This document shows positions 11,913-23,921 of a stretch of DNA of 64,000 nucleotides, in pieces. Position 1 is the first letter of the stretch, and every line of letters starts with the position of its first letter. The notes below the pieces were generated by a model, which had not been told where the DNA came from, did no database searches, and saw nothing but the letters and a program-made list of their open reading frames with translations. Source of the stretch: Octopus sinensis (taxonomy: Eukaryota). Made by a program: the position numbers and the translations under genes. The stretch covers positions 24,242,001 to 24,306,000 of the forward strand of contig NC_042998.1 of NCBI RefSeq assembly GCF_006345805.1. The letters run 5' to 3'.

Positions 11913-12284
11913 GACATTTGTCAACTTTTGTCCTTCCATTTATTTTTCTCCCTTTATGGAAGTCAAAATTTTCTCAGTTGATTTTTGTTTTTCTCCCAGT
12001 TCTGTGTTTTCTGGAAGAAAAGCCTCACATTATCTCAAAGCTACGAGAATTCACTAACGTGATTTGTTTATTATTTTAAAAGATTTCATAGCGGAATTAG
12101 ATACAATGGGTTTTGGCCAGTTTAAACACTAAAGGGTTAAAAAGTGCCAAAACTATAAAATCAGCTTTTTTGGCCTTTTTGAGGGCTTTTGAACCAAAAA
12201 ACTATAGGTTTTTTTTTTATGTTGTTTTGCTTAGAGATAAAAAATGCTGATTTTATAGATTTAAATTTCAAAGGGCCTAAAAAA

Positions 12285-12725
12285 GAATAATAATGATAAT
12301 AATGAAATTATTGTATACAGTGCTCAGGTGCACCACAACTTGTCAGAAAGTGCATATAAAGTACATGCAGTAATGTAGAAATGTCTGGAAAGTGAACATG
12401 CTTGTGTGTGTATGGAGGGGAGAAAATCAAGTGTAGTGTTGGCGAATCTCAGGAAGCATGGAAATCTTGAAGGATGCAGTGCTCCGACAACTAACAACCG
12501 ATGCCGGCAGTTTGTTCCACGCTTCAGCAACTCTCAGCGTGAAAAAATGTTTCCTGAAGTCATGGGAGCTGTGCTGTTTTCTTACTTTGTAAATATGTCC
12601 ACGGGTGTTAGATGGGTGGAGTTTGAAGAGGTGCTCAGAGTTATTGTTTGTGCGATGGTTGATAATTTTATGGGTGTCTGCCAAGTCAGCTGCCAGACGT
12701 CGGAGTTTCAATGTGTCCATGCCCA
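12285..12725 (-). mobile_element. CR1/L2-group LINE 3' fragment (RT C-terminus and 3'UTR)
   Basis: LRRLAADL...TRGHIYKV...RKHFFTLRVAEAWNKLPASVV matches the CR1-type RT C-terminal motif; (ATT)-rich tail at ~12285. Confidence 0.85.
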
Positions 12726-12900
12726 GGGAATGATTTCATAGTTTTGGCCCTTTTTTTTTAGGTTCTTAAAGGCTTTTAGAGCCAGAAAAGGGTAAAAAAT
12801 ACTCAAATGAAACATAATATTAGTATTAAACTAAAAAATGTTTATTGATAATGTGACTAAAAAGATTTTTTTTTTAAATAAAAAACACGATATTTTTTTA

Positions 12901-13130
12901 TTCTCTTATTCTTTTACTCGTTTCAGTCATTTGACTGCAGCTGTGCTGGAGCACTGCTTTTAGCCGAGTGCATCGACCCCAGGACTTATTCTTCGTAAGC
13001 CTAGTACTTATTCTATCAGTTTCTTTTGCCAAACCGCTAAGTTACAGGGATGTAAACACACCAGCATTGGTTGTCAAGTGATGTTGAAGAGATAGACACA
13101 CATACACAAATATATACACACACATACATA
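12901..13130 (-). mobile_element. SINE S1 3' half
   Basis: Tail and core present; 5' half replaced by TA tract and HHR element. Confidence 0.8.
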
Positions 13131-13169
13131 CATACATATATATATCTATACATATATATCTATATCTAT

Positions 13170-13261
<92 letters not shown>

Positions 13262-13265
<4 letters not shown>

Positions 13266-13480
13266 GGGAAGCTTTATGAAAATAAACAAAAGACGAAGGC
13301 AGGTGGAATACAAATAAACAATTGTATTAGTATGGCGCTCAGGAATATAAATAAAACAAGTCTTTTACGTTTCGAGCCTACGCTCTTCAACAGAAAGATA
13401 CACAGAAAAGAAACATGGAAAGAAACAAGGAGAGAAAAAAAATGCGTGCAGAAGCTAGCAAATCAACATGGCGATCTATA
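13262..13480 (-). mobile_element. Short (TA)n-anchored family H1 with hammerhead-like motif (13361-13398)
   Basis: Minus: tcttt CTGTTGA A GAG-cgtagg-CTC GAAAC GTA aaaga; related copies at 18565-18745, 36885-37095, 39015-39178. Confidence 0.65.
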
Positions 13481-13549
13481 TAAGTTCAGTAAAATTTAGA
13501 TTCAGTTGAATATGGTACTTAAGTTAAAGGCACCAGAATTTAGTGCCTT

Positions 13550-13619
13550 TAATCACCCCATTTTGAATTATATGGATAATACCATAGTATTATCCATATA
13601 ATTCAAAATGGGGTGATTA
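13550..13619. repeat. Perfect 33-bp inverted repeat with 4-nt loop
   Basis: TAATCACCCC...GGATAATAC cata GTATTATCC...GGGGTGATTA. Confidence 0.95.
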
Positions 13620-14413
13620 CCATCAAAATAAGCAACAAGGATATCCAGAGGTAATGCAGTACGATCGTTTTTCATGCGACTCCATTTAATTGAACAATGC
13701 AAATATTACATCAGTTTTAAAATGTAGAGCAATCTTCAGCTGCATAAAAATACAGAATTTAGTTAAATTCAAAGGATTCATTTGTATAGTTTTCTTATTA
13801 TCCAAAATCACAAAGAGGATAAGTAGATAGACAAAGAACATGTTTCATCAACAACATCATAGTTGTAACTGATATTTTTTCACAAGAAGACACTGCTTAT
13901 CATTGATTTTAATTTGCTATTCAGATCTACTATTGGGGGGGGGGTTAGTTCCAATTTATAGACTAGTTTATTAAGTCTAATGGAAACTAGAATCTATCTT
14001 TTATTGATAGGGTAAAAAGACAGTTTAAGTGGCAGAGTCATAAATCAAGATTTCTTTGAAGTAAAAACCATTTGGTTCAGTAAGAATATATTTCAGCCAA
14101 ATTTACAGGCTAAAGGTGATGGGGTAGGGAGAGTAGAAACTTATAATACTTAACTATTTGACAACCATAAACTCAGTGTTAATTTGATATAGATATGTAC
14201 ATTTTAGAGAGTTTTTTCCCCCACACAAAAAAATCAGAATAATTTCAGTATTTTACACAATAGAGGGATGGAAAATATAGACATAATTTCATATTTATAT
14301 AATTTCTATTACTAACTTAACATATATTTATAGTTAATTATGAAATAGTAATTTTTTTGTATTAATAAGTTAAATTAAAGGAATATGTTAAAAATTTATA
14401 TATTTTTTATATA

Positions 14414-14823
14414 CTCTTTACTCTCTCTTTTACTTGTTTCAGTCATTTGACTGCGGCCATGCTGGAGCACCGCCTTTAGTCGAGCACATCGACCCCAGAA
14501 CTTATTCTTTGTAAGCCTAGTGCTTATTCTATCGGTCTCTTTTGCTGAACTGCAAAGTTACAGGAATGTAAACACACCAGCATCAGTTATCAAGTGATGT
14601 TGGGAGGACAAACACAGACACAAACACACACACACACACACACATATATATACATATATACGACAGGCTTCTTTCAGTTTCCGTCTACCAAATCCACTCA
14701 CAAGGCTTTGGTCGGCCCGAGGCTATAGTAGAAGACACTTGCCCAAGGTGCCATGCAGTGGGACTGAACCCGGAACCATGTGGTTCGTAAGCAAACTACT
14801 TACCACACAGCCACTCCTGCGCC
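14414..14823 (-). mobile_element. SINE S1
   Basis: Full-length reverse copy. Confidence 0.9.
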
Positions 14824-15967
14824 TGTTAATAATTATGTTAATAATCTTAGAACATATTTCTTGTATTATAAAATACATAGTGAAATATATCAGTATGGTT
14901 CTGTATAGGTTGAGTGTGAAATCTATAGAAATATATTATAAATAAAATGATATAGCGAGTAAATAAGTAAGAAAAATTGGTTTAAAATTAAAATAAAGAA
15001 ATGTAAATGAGTATAATGAAAAATAAATATAAATTCCAGTAGAATATTATAGACAAGAGGTAAAACAGATTTGTGCTATAAAAACTTATTATAAAATATA
15101 CCTAGCTTATTTATATTAATAGGTAAGGTAAGTTGTTAGAAGAAATTCTCTTATAATTTTATAATTTTTAGACTAAAATTTATATTTACTTACCATGAGA
15201 ATATTCATATATGACTAGTGTTTAATACTGGGTAAAGATGTGATCAAGTTATTGGGCAAAAATTATATTATTACTAAAACTTATATAAAATTTTGGGTTT
15301 TATTAGAGATTTAAGAAAATGCTATTATTATTTCTTATATGATAATTTATAATTATTATTGATACTTATAAAATGTTATTTACTTATTTATTTATAATCT
15401 ATTTAAGCTTTCTAATACATACAAAGATCATGAGGCTAGAGTTGTTTTAGAGAAATAGAAACCAAGTAACTTCGATATTATTCTATTCTTTTATCAGGTT
15501 TTAAATATTAATTAAGGAGATTTAGAAAATCTTTTTATGGGGAGATTCTCAGTAAATAAGGCATTAATTGACTCACATACCAAAATCTTTAAAATACTAT
15601 GAAAGGGAGTTAACCAAAATGTAACTTTTAAAAAATGAAAATAGAATTATTTATTTATATGGAAATCTTATATTTTGTATTAAGAGTGAAGCATGGTTAT
15701 AGGCTTATTAGAGGTAATATTTATAATATCGAAAAGGATTAGGTGGAGTAGAATTCTCGCAGAAATAGATATGAAAATTACCAAATCTTTAAAACTTATT
15801 GTGGAGTAAGTATACAACTTAATAACTTCATTAGATATATAGAATCTATGTAATAATTTTAGAAATTAAAAAAAATGTTATTCAACTTTGTTCAACTTGC
15901 TTATGTTATTAAATTAAATTTCATAATAACTATTGTTGATTAAATAATAAAATATAGTAGGGTATGC

Positions 15968-15995
<28 letters not shown>

Positions 15996-15998
<3 letters not shown>

Positions 15999-16158
15999 CA
16001 GGCTTCTTTCAGTTTCTGTCTAGCAAATTCACTAACAAGGCTTTGGTCGGCCTGAGGCTATAGTAGAAGACACTTGCCCAAGATACCACGCAGTGGGACT
16101 GAACCTGGGACCATGTGGTTGGTAAGCATATTACTTATGACACAGCCAATCTTGTGCC
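15996..16158 (-). mobile_element. SINE S1 5' half
   Basis: Head to internal TA tract. Confidence 0.8.
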
Positions 16159-16189
16159 TACATAATTTAATTTTTCCTCTTCTTCTTCT

Positions 16190-16861
16190 CCATTTTGTTG
16201 ATGAGATTCATGTTGCTCTTCATGAAAATTAACATACTAATATTTTTCATCAGACAAGGACTATCTCTTGGCACCCAAGATGTCCTTGCCCAGTAGAAAA
16301 TAAACATTCAGTTGCAACACTGGAAGGGATGGCTGTGTTGAACTTGAACAAGTTCACCAAAACTTGCTCATACAAGCAAGCAGAATCTATCAGTAGACCT
16401 TTGGAGTTGGTCTCCAAATAGGTCTTTACTAAATTCTGGTCCTTGTCCTTCAGCGACCTGTGGTTTCTGCTCTCTTTTTGATGGGTGACACCATTGAAGA
16501 AGTCATCCTCCACATCTTTGTTGTTCCTTCCTTTACTGTTGCGGCTCACTTCCTCAGACTGCTGTTTCATGGCCTCCTTGACTTTATCCTCCATGCTTCT
16601 CCTCACCTTGGTAAACTTGGTGCTATCATACCTATCCAACCAGTTGAGGCGAAACCTGGGGTGGAAGGACCAAGGGACCAAAGCTGTGTTGACCAAAGGG
16701 CTGCAGTAGAAAAGTTAAAGGACTTGAGTTAATGGAAGTTAAATGTAACGGAAGTTAATTAGTCCAATAATGATTATCAAAGTTAACTTAAAAGTTAAAT
16801 CATTAGCAAAAATGTTAACTTCATTAATTAACAATTAACGGATTAACAGATGCTCAGCTCT
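16190..16861 (-). mobile_element. hAT transposon remnant (transposase C-terminal dimerisation region plus one terminus)
   Basis: FHPRFRLNWL...FKFNTAIPSSVATECLFSTG then frameshifted DILGAKR*SLSDEK; terminus CAGAGCTGAGCATCTGTTAATCCGTTAATT with GTTAA-rich subterminal repeats. Confidence 0.75.
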
Positions 16862-16894
16862 GTATATACGTATATATATATGATGACAATATAT

Positions 16895-16960
<66 letters not shown>

Positions 16961-16963
<3 letters not shown>

Positions 16964-18190
16964 GGTCCCGGGTTGATTCGGGGTTAACCACAGTAAATAA
17001 GGTACTCAATACATAGCAGAGTAAAATTAATTTATTATATAGAAGGAGCTTCTACAGGACTAGAACTGTTTCATTCAAGAGAAATCTTCAGGAAGCTAGT
17101 TAACAAGAATTGTATTGGCATTTATACATTTAGGCAGGTTTAAAGGGGTGGTGGTGGGGGACTTTTTTGGGGGTAGGCATAGCGCAAAAAAATCATACTT
17201 GGGGGAGTGGTCAAGGAGTCAGTGGTAAATTAGATAGAAGAATAAATAAAAGAATAAAAAAAGGGGGAGAATAAAAAAATATATATAGAAGAATAGAGTT
17301 TTAGGTAAATAAGGAAAATCTCACTTATACCTATACACATATGTATACATATATACACACACACACACACATATACATACTCACATACATACACACACAC
17401 CCATATATATATATATATATACACACACACATACATATACATACATATATCTACACATACATATATATATATATACATATATATATATATCTACATATAC
17501 ATACACATATACATGCATATACATATACACACACACATGTATATATACACACACACACACGACCACACATACACATATACACAAAAAAATATATACATAC
17601 ACACACATACACATATGTATGTATATATATTTTTTTTGTGTATATGTGTATGTGTGGTCGTGTGTGTGGTGTATATATACATGTGTGTGTGTATATGTAT
17701 ATGCATGTATATGTGTATGTATATGTAGATATATATATATGTATATATATATATATATGTATGTGTAGATATATGTATGTATATGTATGTGTGTAGGTAT
17801 ATATATATATATATATGTATGTGAGTATGTATATGTGTGTGTGTGTGTGTATATATGTATACATATGTGTATAGGTATAAGTGAGATTTTCCTTACTTAC
17901 CTAAAACTCTATTCTTCTATATATTTTTTATTCCCCTTTATTTATTTTTTTATTCTTTTTTTTTTTCTTTTATTTATTCTTCTATCTAATTTACCACTGA
18001 CTCCTTGACCACTCCCCCAAGTATGATTTTTTTGCGCTATGCCTACCCCCAAAAAAGTCCCCCACCACCACCCCTTTAAACCTGCCTAAATGTATAAATG
18101 CCAATACAATTCTTGTTAACTAGCTTCCTGAAGATTTCTCTTGAATGAAACAGTTCTAGTCCTGTAGAAGCTCCTTCTATATAATAAATA
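16961..18190. repeat. ~1.16-kb near-perfect palindrome between (TA)n tracts
   Basis: ~17032-17601 is the reverse complement of ~17618-18189; each arm has unique sequence plus a CA/TA microsatellite. Confidence 0.92.
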
Positions 18191-18221
<31 letters not shown>

Positions 18222-18224
<3 letters not shown>

Positions 18225-18370
18225 GTTTTAAACATGCTTTTCTACTTCTCAATCAAAATTTTTTCCCATTGATAAACAAAAAATATTGTTGAAATTAATA
18301 TGGTATGCATGTAAATAAAATTCATTTAAAAACAATTACAAGTTTTTTCAAATTCAGGTGTATATATATA

Positions 18371-18404
<34 letters not shown>

Positions 18405-18540
18405 CTGAATTTGAAAAAACTTGTAATTGTTTTTAAATGAATTTTATTTACATGTATACCATATTAATTTCAACAATATTTTTTGTTTATCAATGGGAAA
18501 AAATTTTGATTGAGAAGTAGAAAAGCATGTTTAAAACATT
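18222..18540. repeat. Inverted repeat, 139-bp arms around a 41-bp (TA)n spacer
   Basis: 18222-18360 vs 18402-18540, about one mismatch seen. Confidence 0.92.
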
Positions 18541-18564
18541 CAATAATATCAAATATGATGGCAT

Positions 18565-18739
18565 TCGCCATGATAGATCGCCAACCACTACACATTCTTT
18601 ATTTTCTCTCCTTGTTTCTTTCTGTGGAAGAGCGTAGGCTCAAAACATTAAAGACTTTTTCACTTCCTGAGAGTTATACTAATACATCTATTTGTTGTCT
18701 ACACCTCTTGTCTTCATCTTTTGTTTTTTTGTGAATTCT

Positions 18740-18745
<6 letters not shown>
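18565..18745 (+). mobile_element. Family H1 copy with decayed HHR-like motif (18617-18654)
   Basis: tcttt CTGTGGA A GAG cgtagg CTC aAAAC att aaaga; 3' end abuts (TA)n. Confidence 0.6.
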
Positions 18746-18817
<72 letters not shown>

Positions 18818-18903
18818 CATACATACTTACATACATACATACTATATATATCATATTTACCCAGACACCCGCACATATATATATATATATATTTATAAAT
18901 AAG

Positions 18904-18935
18904 GATAATATCGATATTTAAATATCGATATTATC
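18904..18935. repeat. Perfect 32-bp palindrome
   Basis: GATAATATCGATATTTAAATATCGATATTATC. Confidence 0.95.
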
Positions 18936-18982
18936 AAGTGGCCAGCATGGAAAAAATACCATACAAAGGTAATAATTTTTTA

Positions 18983-19176
18983 CAACTAAAAATAAGGGGA
19001 TATGAGAGACGCCAACATGCCGAAATAGCAGTCAAATCCCTGACTCTACAAACCACGTTAAATGTTCATATCGCACCATGAGATAAGACAGAGGGACAAA
19101 ATAGACTAGCAAAAAATATTACTGAATGACTGCTATTTTGGCATGGTGATGTCTCTCAGACACCCTTATTTTTAGT

Positions 19177-19178
<2 letters not shown>
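18983..19178. mobile_element. MITE-like element with ~50-bp imperfect TIRs
   Basis: TA|CAACTAAAAATAAGGG ... CCCTTATTTTTAGTTG|TA. Confidence 0.7.
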
Positions 19179-19211
<33 letters not shown>

Positions 19212-19469
19212 ATACATACATATATAAAACAGCATTGCCATCACATCATTGTTTTAATGTTCACATTTCCATGTTTGCATGAGTGGGACAGATTTTGTTG
19301 GGGCAGATTTTGTGAGGAAGGGTATAGTTGCTTACATTAACCCCATTGCTCTACTGGTACGCTTTTCTTCGACCCCATAAAGATAAAAAGCCAAGTGGAC
19401 CTCAGCAGGATTTGAACTCAGAAAATGAAAATGGTCAAAATGTCACTCCACCTTGGATAAGGTGGAGGT

Positions 19470-19501
19470 AATAATAATGATGATAATATAATAATACAAT
19501 A

Positions 19502-19539
<38 letters not shown>

Positions 19540-19566
19540 TAATAATAATATTAATAATAATATAAG

Positions 19567-19599
<33 letters not shown>

Positions 19600-19880
19600 C
19601 AATAAAAATAACAATAATATAATAATATAATAATATAATAATAAAAGTAATAATATAATAATAACAATAACAATAACTAAATAAAATAATATAATAATAA
19701 TAATATAATAATAATAATAAAAGTAATAACAATAATAATAATAATAATAAATAATAATACTAATAAAAGTAATAATATAATAATAATAATAACAATAACA
19801 ATAACAATATAATGATAATAAAAATAATAATAAAATAATAATAATAATAATACTATAATAATAATAACAATAACAATAAC

Positions 19881-19917
<37 letters not shown>

Positions 19918-20000
19918 TTAATATAATAATAATAATACAATAACAATAACAATAACAATAATAATAATAATACAATAATAATATAATAATAATAATAAAA

Positions 20001-20041
<41 letters not shown>

Positions 20042-20097
20042 TAATAAAAGTAATAATAATAATAATAATAATAACAATAACAATAACAATAATAATG

Positions 20098-20136
<39 letters not shown>

Positions 20137-20154
20137 TTAATAATAATAATAAAA

Positions 20155-20200
<46 letters not shown>
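19470..20200. repeat. ~730-bp (AAT)n-type microsatellite
   Basis: Direct sequence. Confidence 0.95.
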
Positions 20201-20202
<2 letters not shown>

Positions 20203-20582
20203 GCTGACGATATGTGCATCTCTGATCACGAGCAGAAGTAGTGGGGGAGCATCATAGCCATGTGTTGAGAGGGATTCTTTGGGGTTTGAATAATTCACCT
20301 CTGGAGACATGGGTGGTTTTTTCAACATCCTTAAACAACCCTTATTCAGGGACTGTTTGAGCGGGATGGGCTACTCAACCTGAAGAAAATTCTAACTGGG
20401 CCCCACCTGCAAGGTCATGTGCAGTTTATCTTGATATGAGATCACCATGTCGCGCACATATGGTTGTGATGCATGTGCCTGGTGTGCCCTTATGAGACGG
20501 GTAGTCATGATGGATATATTGGGCTTCGTATATTTTACCCCAGTGTCACTTTGATGGCATGAACTGCTCTCTCACTCAATAA
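20201..20582 (+). mobile_element. Interspersed repeat inserted in (AAT)n, probable retroelement 3' end
   Basis: Ends CTGCTCTCTCACTC-AATAATAAT; same ~20-nt tail alone at ~36005-36025 on the minus strand. Confidence 0.6.
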
Positions 20583-20624
20583 TAATAATAACAATACTAA
20601 TACTAATAATAATAAAAATAATAA

Positions 20625-21200
20625 TAATTGTTTCTACCATAGGCACAAGGCCTGAAATTTTGAAGAAGGTGACTAGTTGATTACATCAAACTCAGTACTC
20701 ATCTGGTCCTTATTCCATCGACCCCGAAAGGATGAAAGGCAAAGGTGACTTCGGCTGAATTTGAACTCAGAATATAAAGTCTGATGAAATGCCACTTAGC
20801 ATTGTGCCAGCAAGCTAACGATTTTACCATCTTGCCACCTTAATAATAATAATAAATCTTTCTGTTTTAGGAACAACATCTGAAATTTAGAGAAAAGTGC
20901 AAAGTTCTTTACAGTGAACGCAGTAATCCTATTTTATCGATCCTGATTGGATGAATCGCAAAGTCAGTTGTGCCAAGGTTGACTTTGTCTTATTATTACC
21001 AAGGCAGCACACTGATATAATCGTTAGCATGCCGAGCAAAATTCTTTGCAACATTTCATCTATCTTTATGTTCTGAGCTCAAATTCTGCTGAGGCAGAAC
21101 TTTGCGTTTCGTCCTTTTGGGATTGCTAAAAGAAGAACCATTTGAGCACTGGGGTTCATGCAATTGACTTAACCCTTTCTTTGAGCCAAAATTTGGAATC
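20625..21200. mobile_element. SINE S3 decayed copies (20625-20845 minus; ~21000-21200 plus)
   Basis: GGATGAAAGGCAAAG...GAATTTGAACTCAGAA motifs. Confidence 0.65.
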
Positions 21201-21204
21201 ATTA

Positions 21205-21581
21205 TTGCCTCTGCCTTCACTAAGGTGGAGATATTGTTTTCAGTTGTGTTTTTTTGTTTGTTTGTCTGTGGACAAGATATCTCAAGAACTGCTGGATGGA
21301 TTCAGATGAAACGTTCAGGGATGTTTGGCCTCATGACTGGAATGAACTGATTAGATTTTGGGATCGATCTGGTACCGGACAAAGATTCTGGATTATTTTT
21401 CCTGTTTTTTACATAACTTTTGAAAGCGGTCAGGTTCATTTTTAGTATTCTTGTTTATGCGAGCAGTCGAATTAATTTCAGATATTCTCATTTTAAAAAT
21501 CATCTCTGGCTAATTGGCTAATCATTGAAAGGACGTTGGTGTTGCCTTGGTGGAGGTTTGCACTCTCTGAGTGCTCTTGTT
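21205..21581 (+). mobile_element. Helentron-associated non-autonomous element (HINE/DINE-like)
   Basis: Subterminal IR GCCTTCACTAAGG ... CCTTGGTGGAGG, 3' hairpin GCACTC-tct-GAGTGC, TGTT/TGTC microsatellite near the 5' end. Confidence 0.65.
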
Positions 21582-21609
21582 ATTATTATTATTATCATTA
21601 TTATTATTA

Positions 21610-21677
<68 letters not shown>
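21581..21677. repeat. (TTA)n microsatellite
   Basis: Direct sequence. Confidence 0.95.
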
Positions 21678-21679
<2 letters not shown>

Positions 21680-22487
21680 GCAAAGTCATAACCATATGTA
21701 TTAAGTCTCATTGTGAAATTAAGCTCATGGGGGCATTTACAGCTGTTTGGGACCAGAACCATGCTGACTGGTTTCACTACTATTACAACTCATCGAGGCT
21801 CACACACATATCTTTCCCAGTATGTTGAAATAAAATAGCAGGAAGCTATCAATTAAAATGTTAACGACATTCTGACAGGCATAATTCATTTCTGTAAGAG
21901 AACGAAAGTTGATTAATAATCACTACAGTACCATAATTACTAGAGCACAACATCAAAATGTTTATACAAACTATTTAGTTTTTTCTGGCATTTCAATACT
22001 ATTAATGTCATCTTTTGAGTTGAAGCATTTCATTTTTAATTTTGATATCCAATTAATTAAAACTTCTAAATTTCCTCTTTTAGATTTATATAAGATCTTT
22101 AAAATTCCAATTGTTCTTATTTTGCATTGTTAAGGTTTGTGTATGTATTGTGAGACCATAGTTTAGCACCTAAAAAGTTTCTCACCAGGAGATAATGCTG
22201 GTTAAAGACATTACCATACTGGGCGGTTGTGTAGGGTTCTCACATCTGTAGGAGCCCAACTCTGTTCTATGCTTCAGGTTGCTTGCTGACAAATTTTTTT
22301 TAAATAAATAAATAAATAATATAAAATAAAAAGAACTATAGGGCACCATACATTGATTTTGCCTGAGGACCTAAAATGCTGCTAAGCTGGTTCCTGATCT
22401 GTGTAACTTCTTTTGGTTCTTTTCTGAAGGGGTAACCAGTAGTCCTTCATACAGCAAGTCTGTATGCCATTATCATTATTCAATGAA

Positions 22488-23120
22488 AGCGTGATCATTG
22501 CCAGAGCAGCCAACTGGCTTCTGTGCCAGTGGCACGTAAAAGGGCACCATTCGCGCGTGATTATTACCAACGTCGTCTTACTGGCACCTGTGCTGGTGGC
22601 ATGTGTAAAAAGATTCGAGCGAGGTCATTGCCAGTACCGCCTGACTGGCCCCCATGCAGTGGCATGTAAAAGGGCACCATTTGAGCGTGATTGTTACCAA
22701 CATCGCCTTACTGGCACCTGTGCTGGTGGCATGTGTAGAAAGATTCGAGCGAGGTCATTGCCAGTACCGCCTGACTGGCCCCCATGCAGTGGCATGTAAA
22801 AGGGCACCATTTGAGCGTGATTGTTACTAACATCGCCTTACTGGCACCTGTGCTGGTGGCATGTGTAAAAAGATTTGAGCAAAGTCCTTGCCAGTACCGC
22901 GTGACTGGCCCCGTGCCAGTGGCATGTAAAAAGCACCCACTACACTCTCAAAGTGGTTGGCGTTAGGAAGGGCATCCAGCTGTAGAAACTCTGCCAAATC
23001 AAGATTGGAGCCTGGTGCAGCCATCTGGTTCACCAGTCCTCAGTCAAAATCGTCCAACCCATGCTAGCATGGAAAGCGAACGTTAAACGATGATGATGAT
23101 GATTGATGATGATGATGATG
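22488..23120 (+). mobile_element. S2 with expanded ~120-bp internal tandem subrepeats
   Basis: About 3 copies of GGCACCTGTGCTGGTGGCATGTGTA...CCGCCTGACTGGCCCC followed by the S2 tail. Confidence 0.85.
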
Positions 23121-23921
23121 CATGCATGCATATATATGCACATGAACTGTAACAATTGTATTTAGACTGCAAAATTTTTTATTCATCTTCTTACCTTTTA
23201 CTGTTTGACTTTTATAAATGGAGCATGTTTAAATATCATTTGCATAGAGTAATATCTAAAGAATACATTTTAATTAGATATGTAATAGAAAGTTAGTACT
23301 ATGTGTGGTGTTGCTAATACACAAAATGTGGTCAAGTGTTAATACTATCCAATGGTCATCAACAATCTCACTGTTATTTTCAGTTAATTATGTTCAACTC
23401 CCAGAATAACATAGAAAGTAAAATCAGGCATGTTACAGAATTGTTATAACATAGGTGCCAGGATGTATGCTTATAAGCAGTGAGATGTCTAGATGAAGTG
23501 GTCAGTCACATTATATAGAAATGTGTGTGGAGGCATTGCAGAATATCAAGAACAGAGAAGTGAACAGCTAATATAATTAAGCTAGTTAGAGTGCTTGATA
23601 AGATTATAATGTCCTGGAGTCAGACTTTATCTGCAGATAAAAGTAATATCTAGTATGAGTTAAATACAGGACTGGAACACAGAATGAATGGAATAAATGA
23701 AAGGACCTATTGGACATTATTTCTTCAATGAAAATCACGACATGATTAGAAACTAAGGTTTAATGAACCTAATAAAGTTGGAAACTAACTCTACATAAGA
23801 AATAATTCTATCTATAATGTCTGATAGGAAGAACAATCTTACATATCATTACAAAAATTGCTTGTCTGATTATGCATATTTCAAGTATACTAACTGAAAC
23901 TTAATTATGCCTTTTCTAATT

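Noticed and set aside
13690-13745. CTGAAGA...AAAAC on the minus strand
   Set aside because: Stems I and II do not close; too degenerate for a hammerhead call.
14830-15970. Very AT-rich stretch suggesting a decayed viral or Maverick ORF
   Set aside because: No recognisable motif in any frame.
22488-22900. Regularly spaced repeats reminiscent of a CRISPR array
   Set aside because: Whole units, including would-be spacers, are repeated; they are S2 internal subrepeats in a eukaryotic context with no cas genes.
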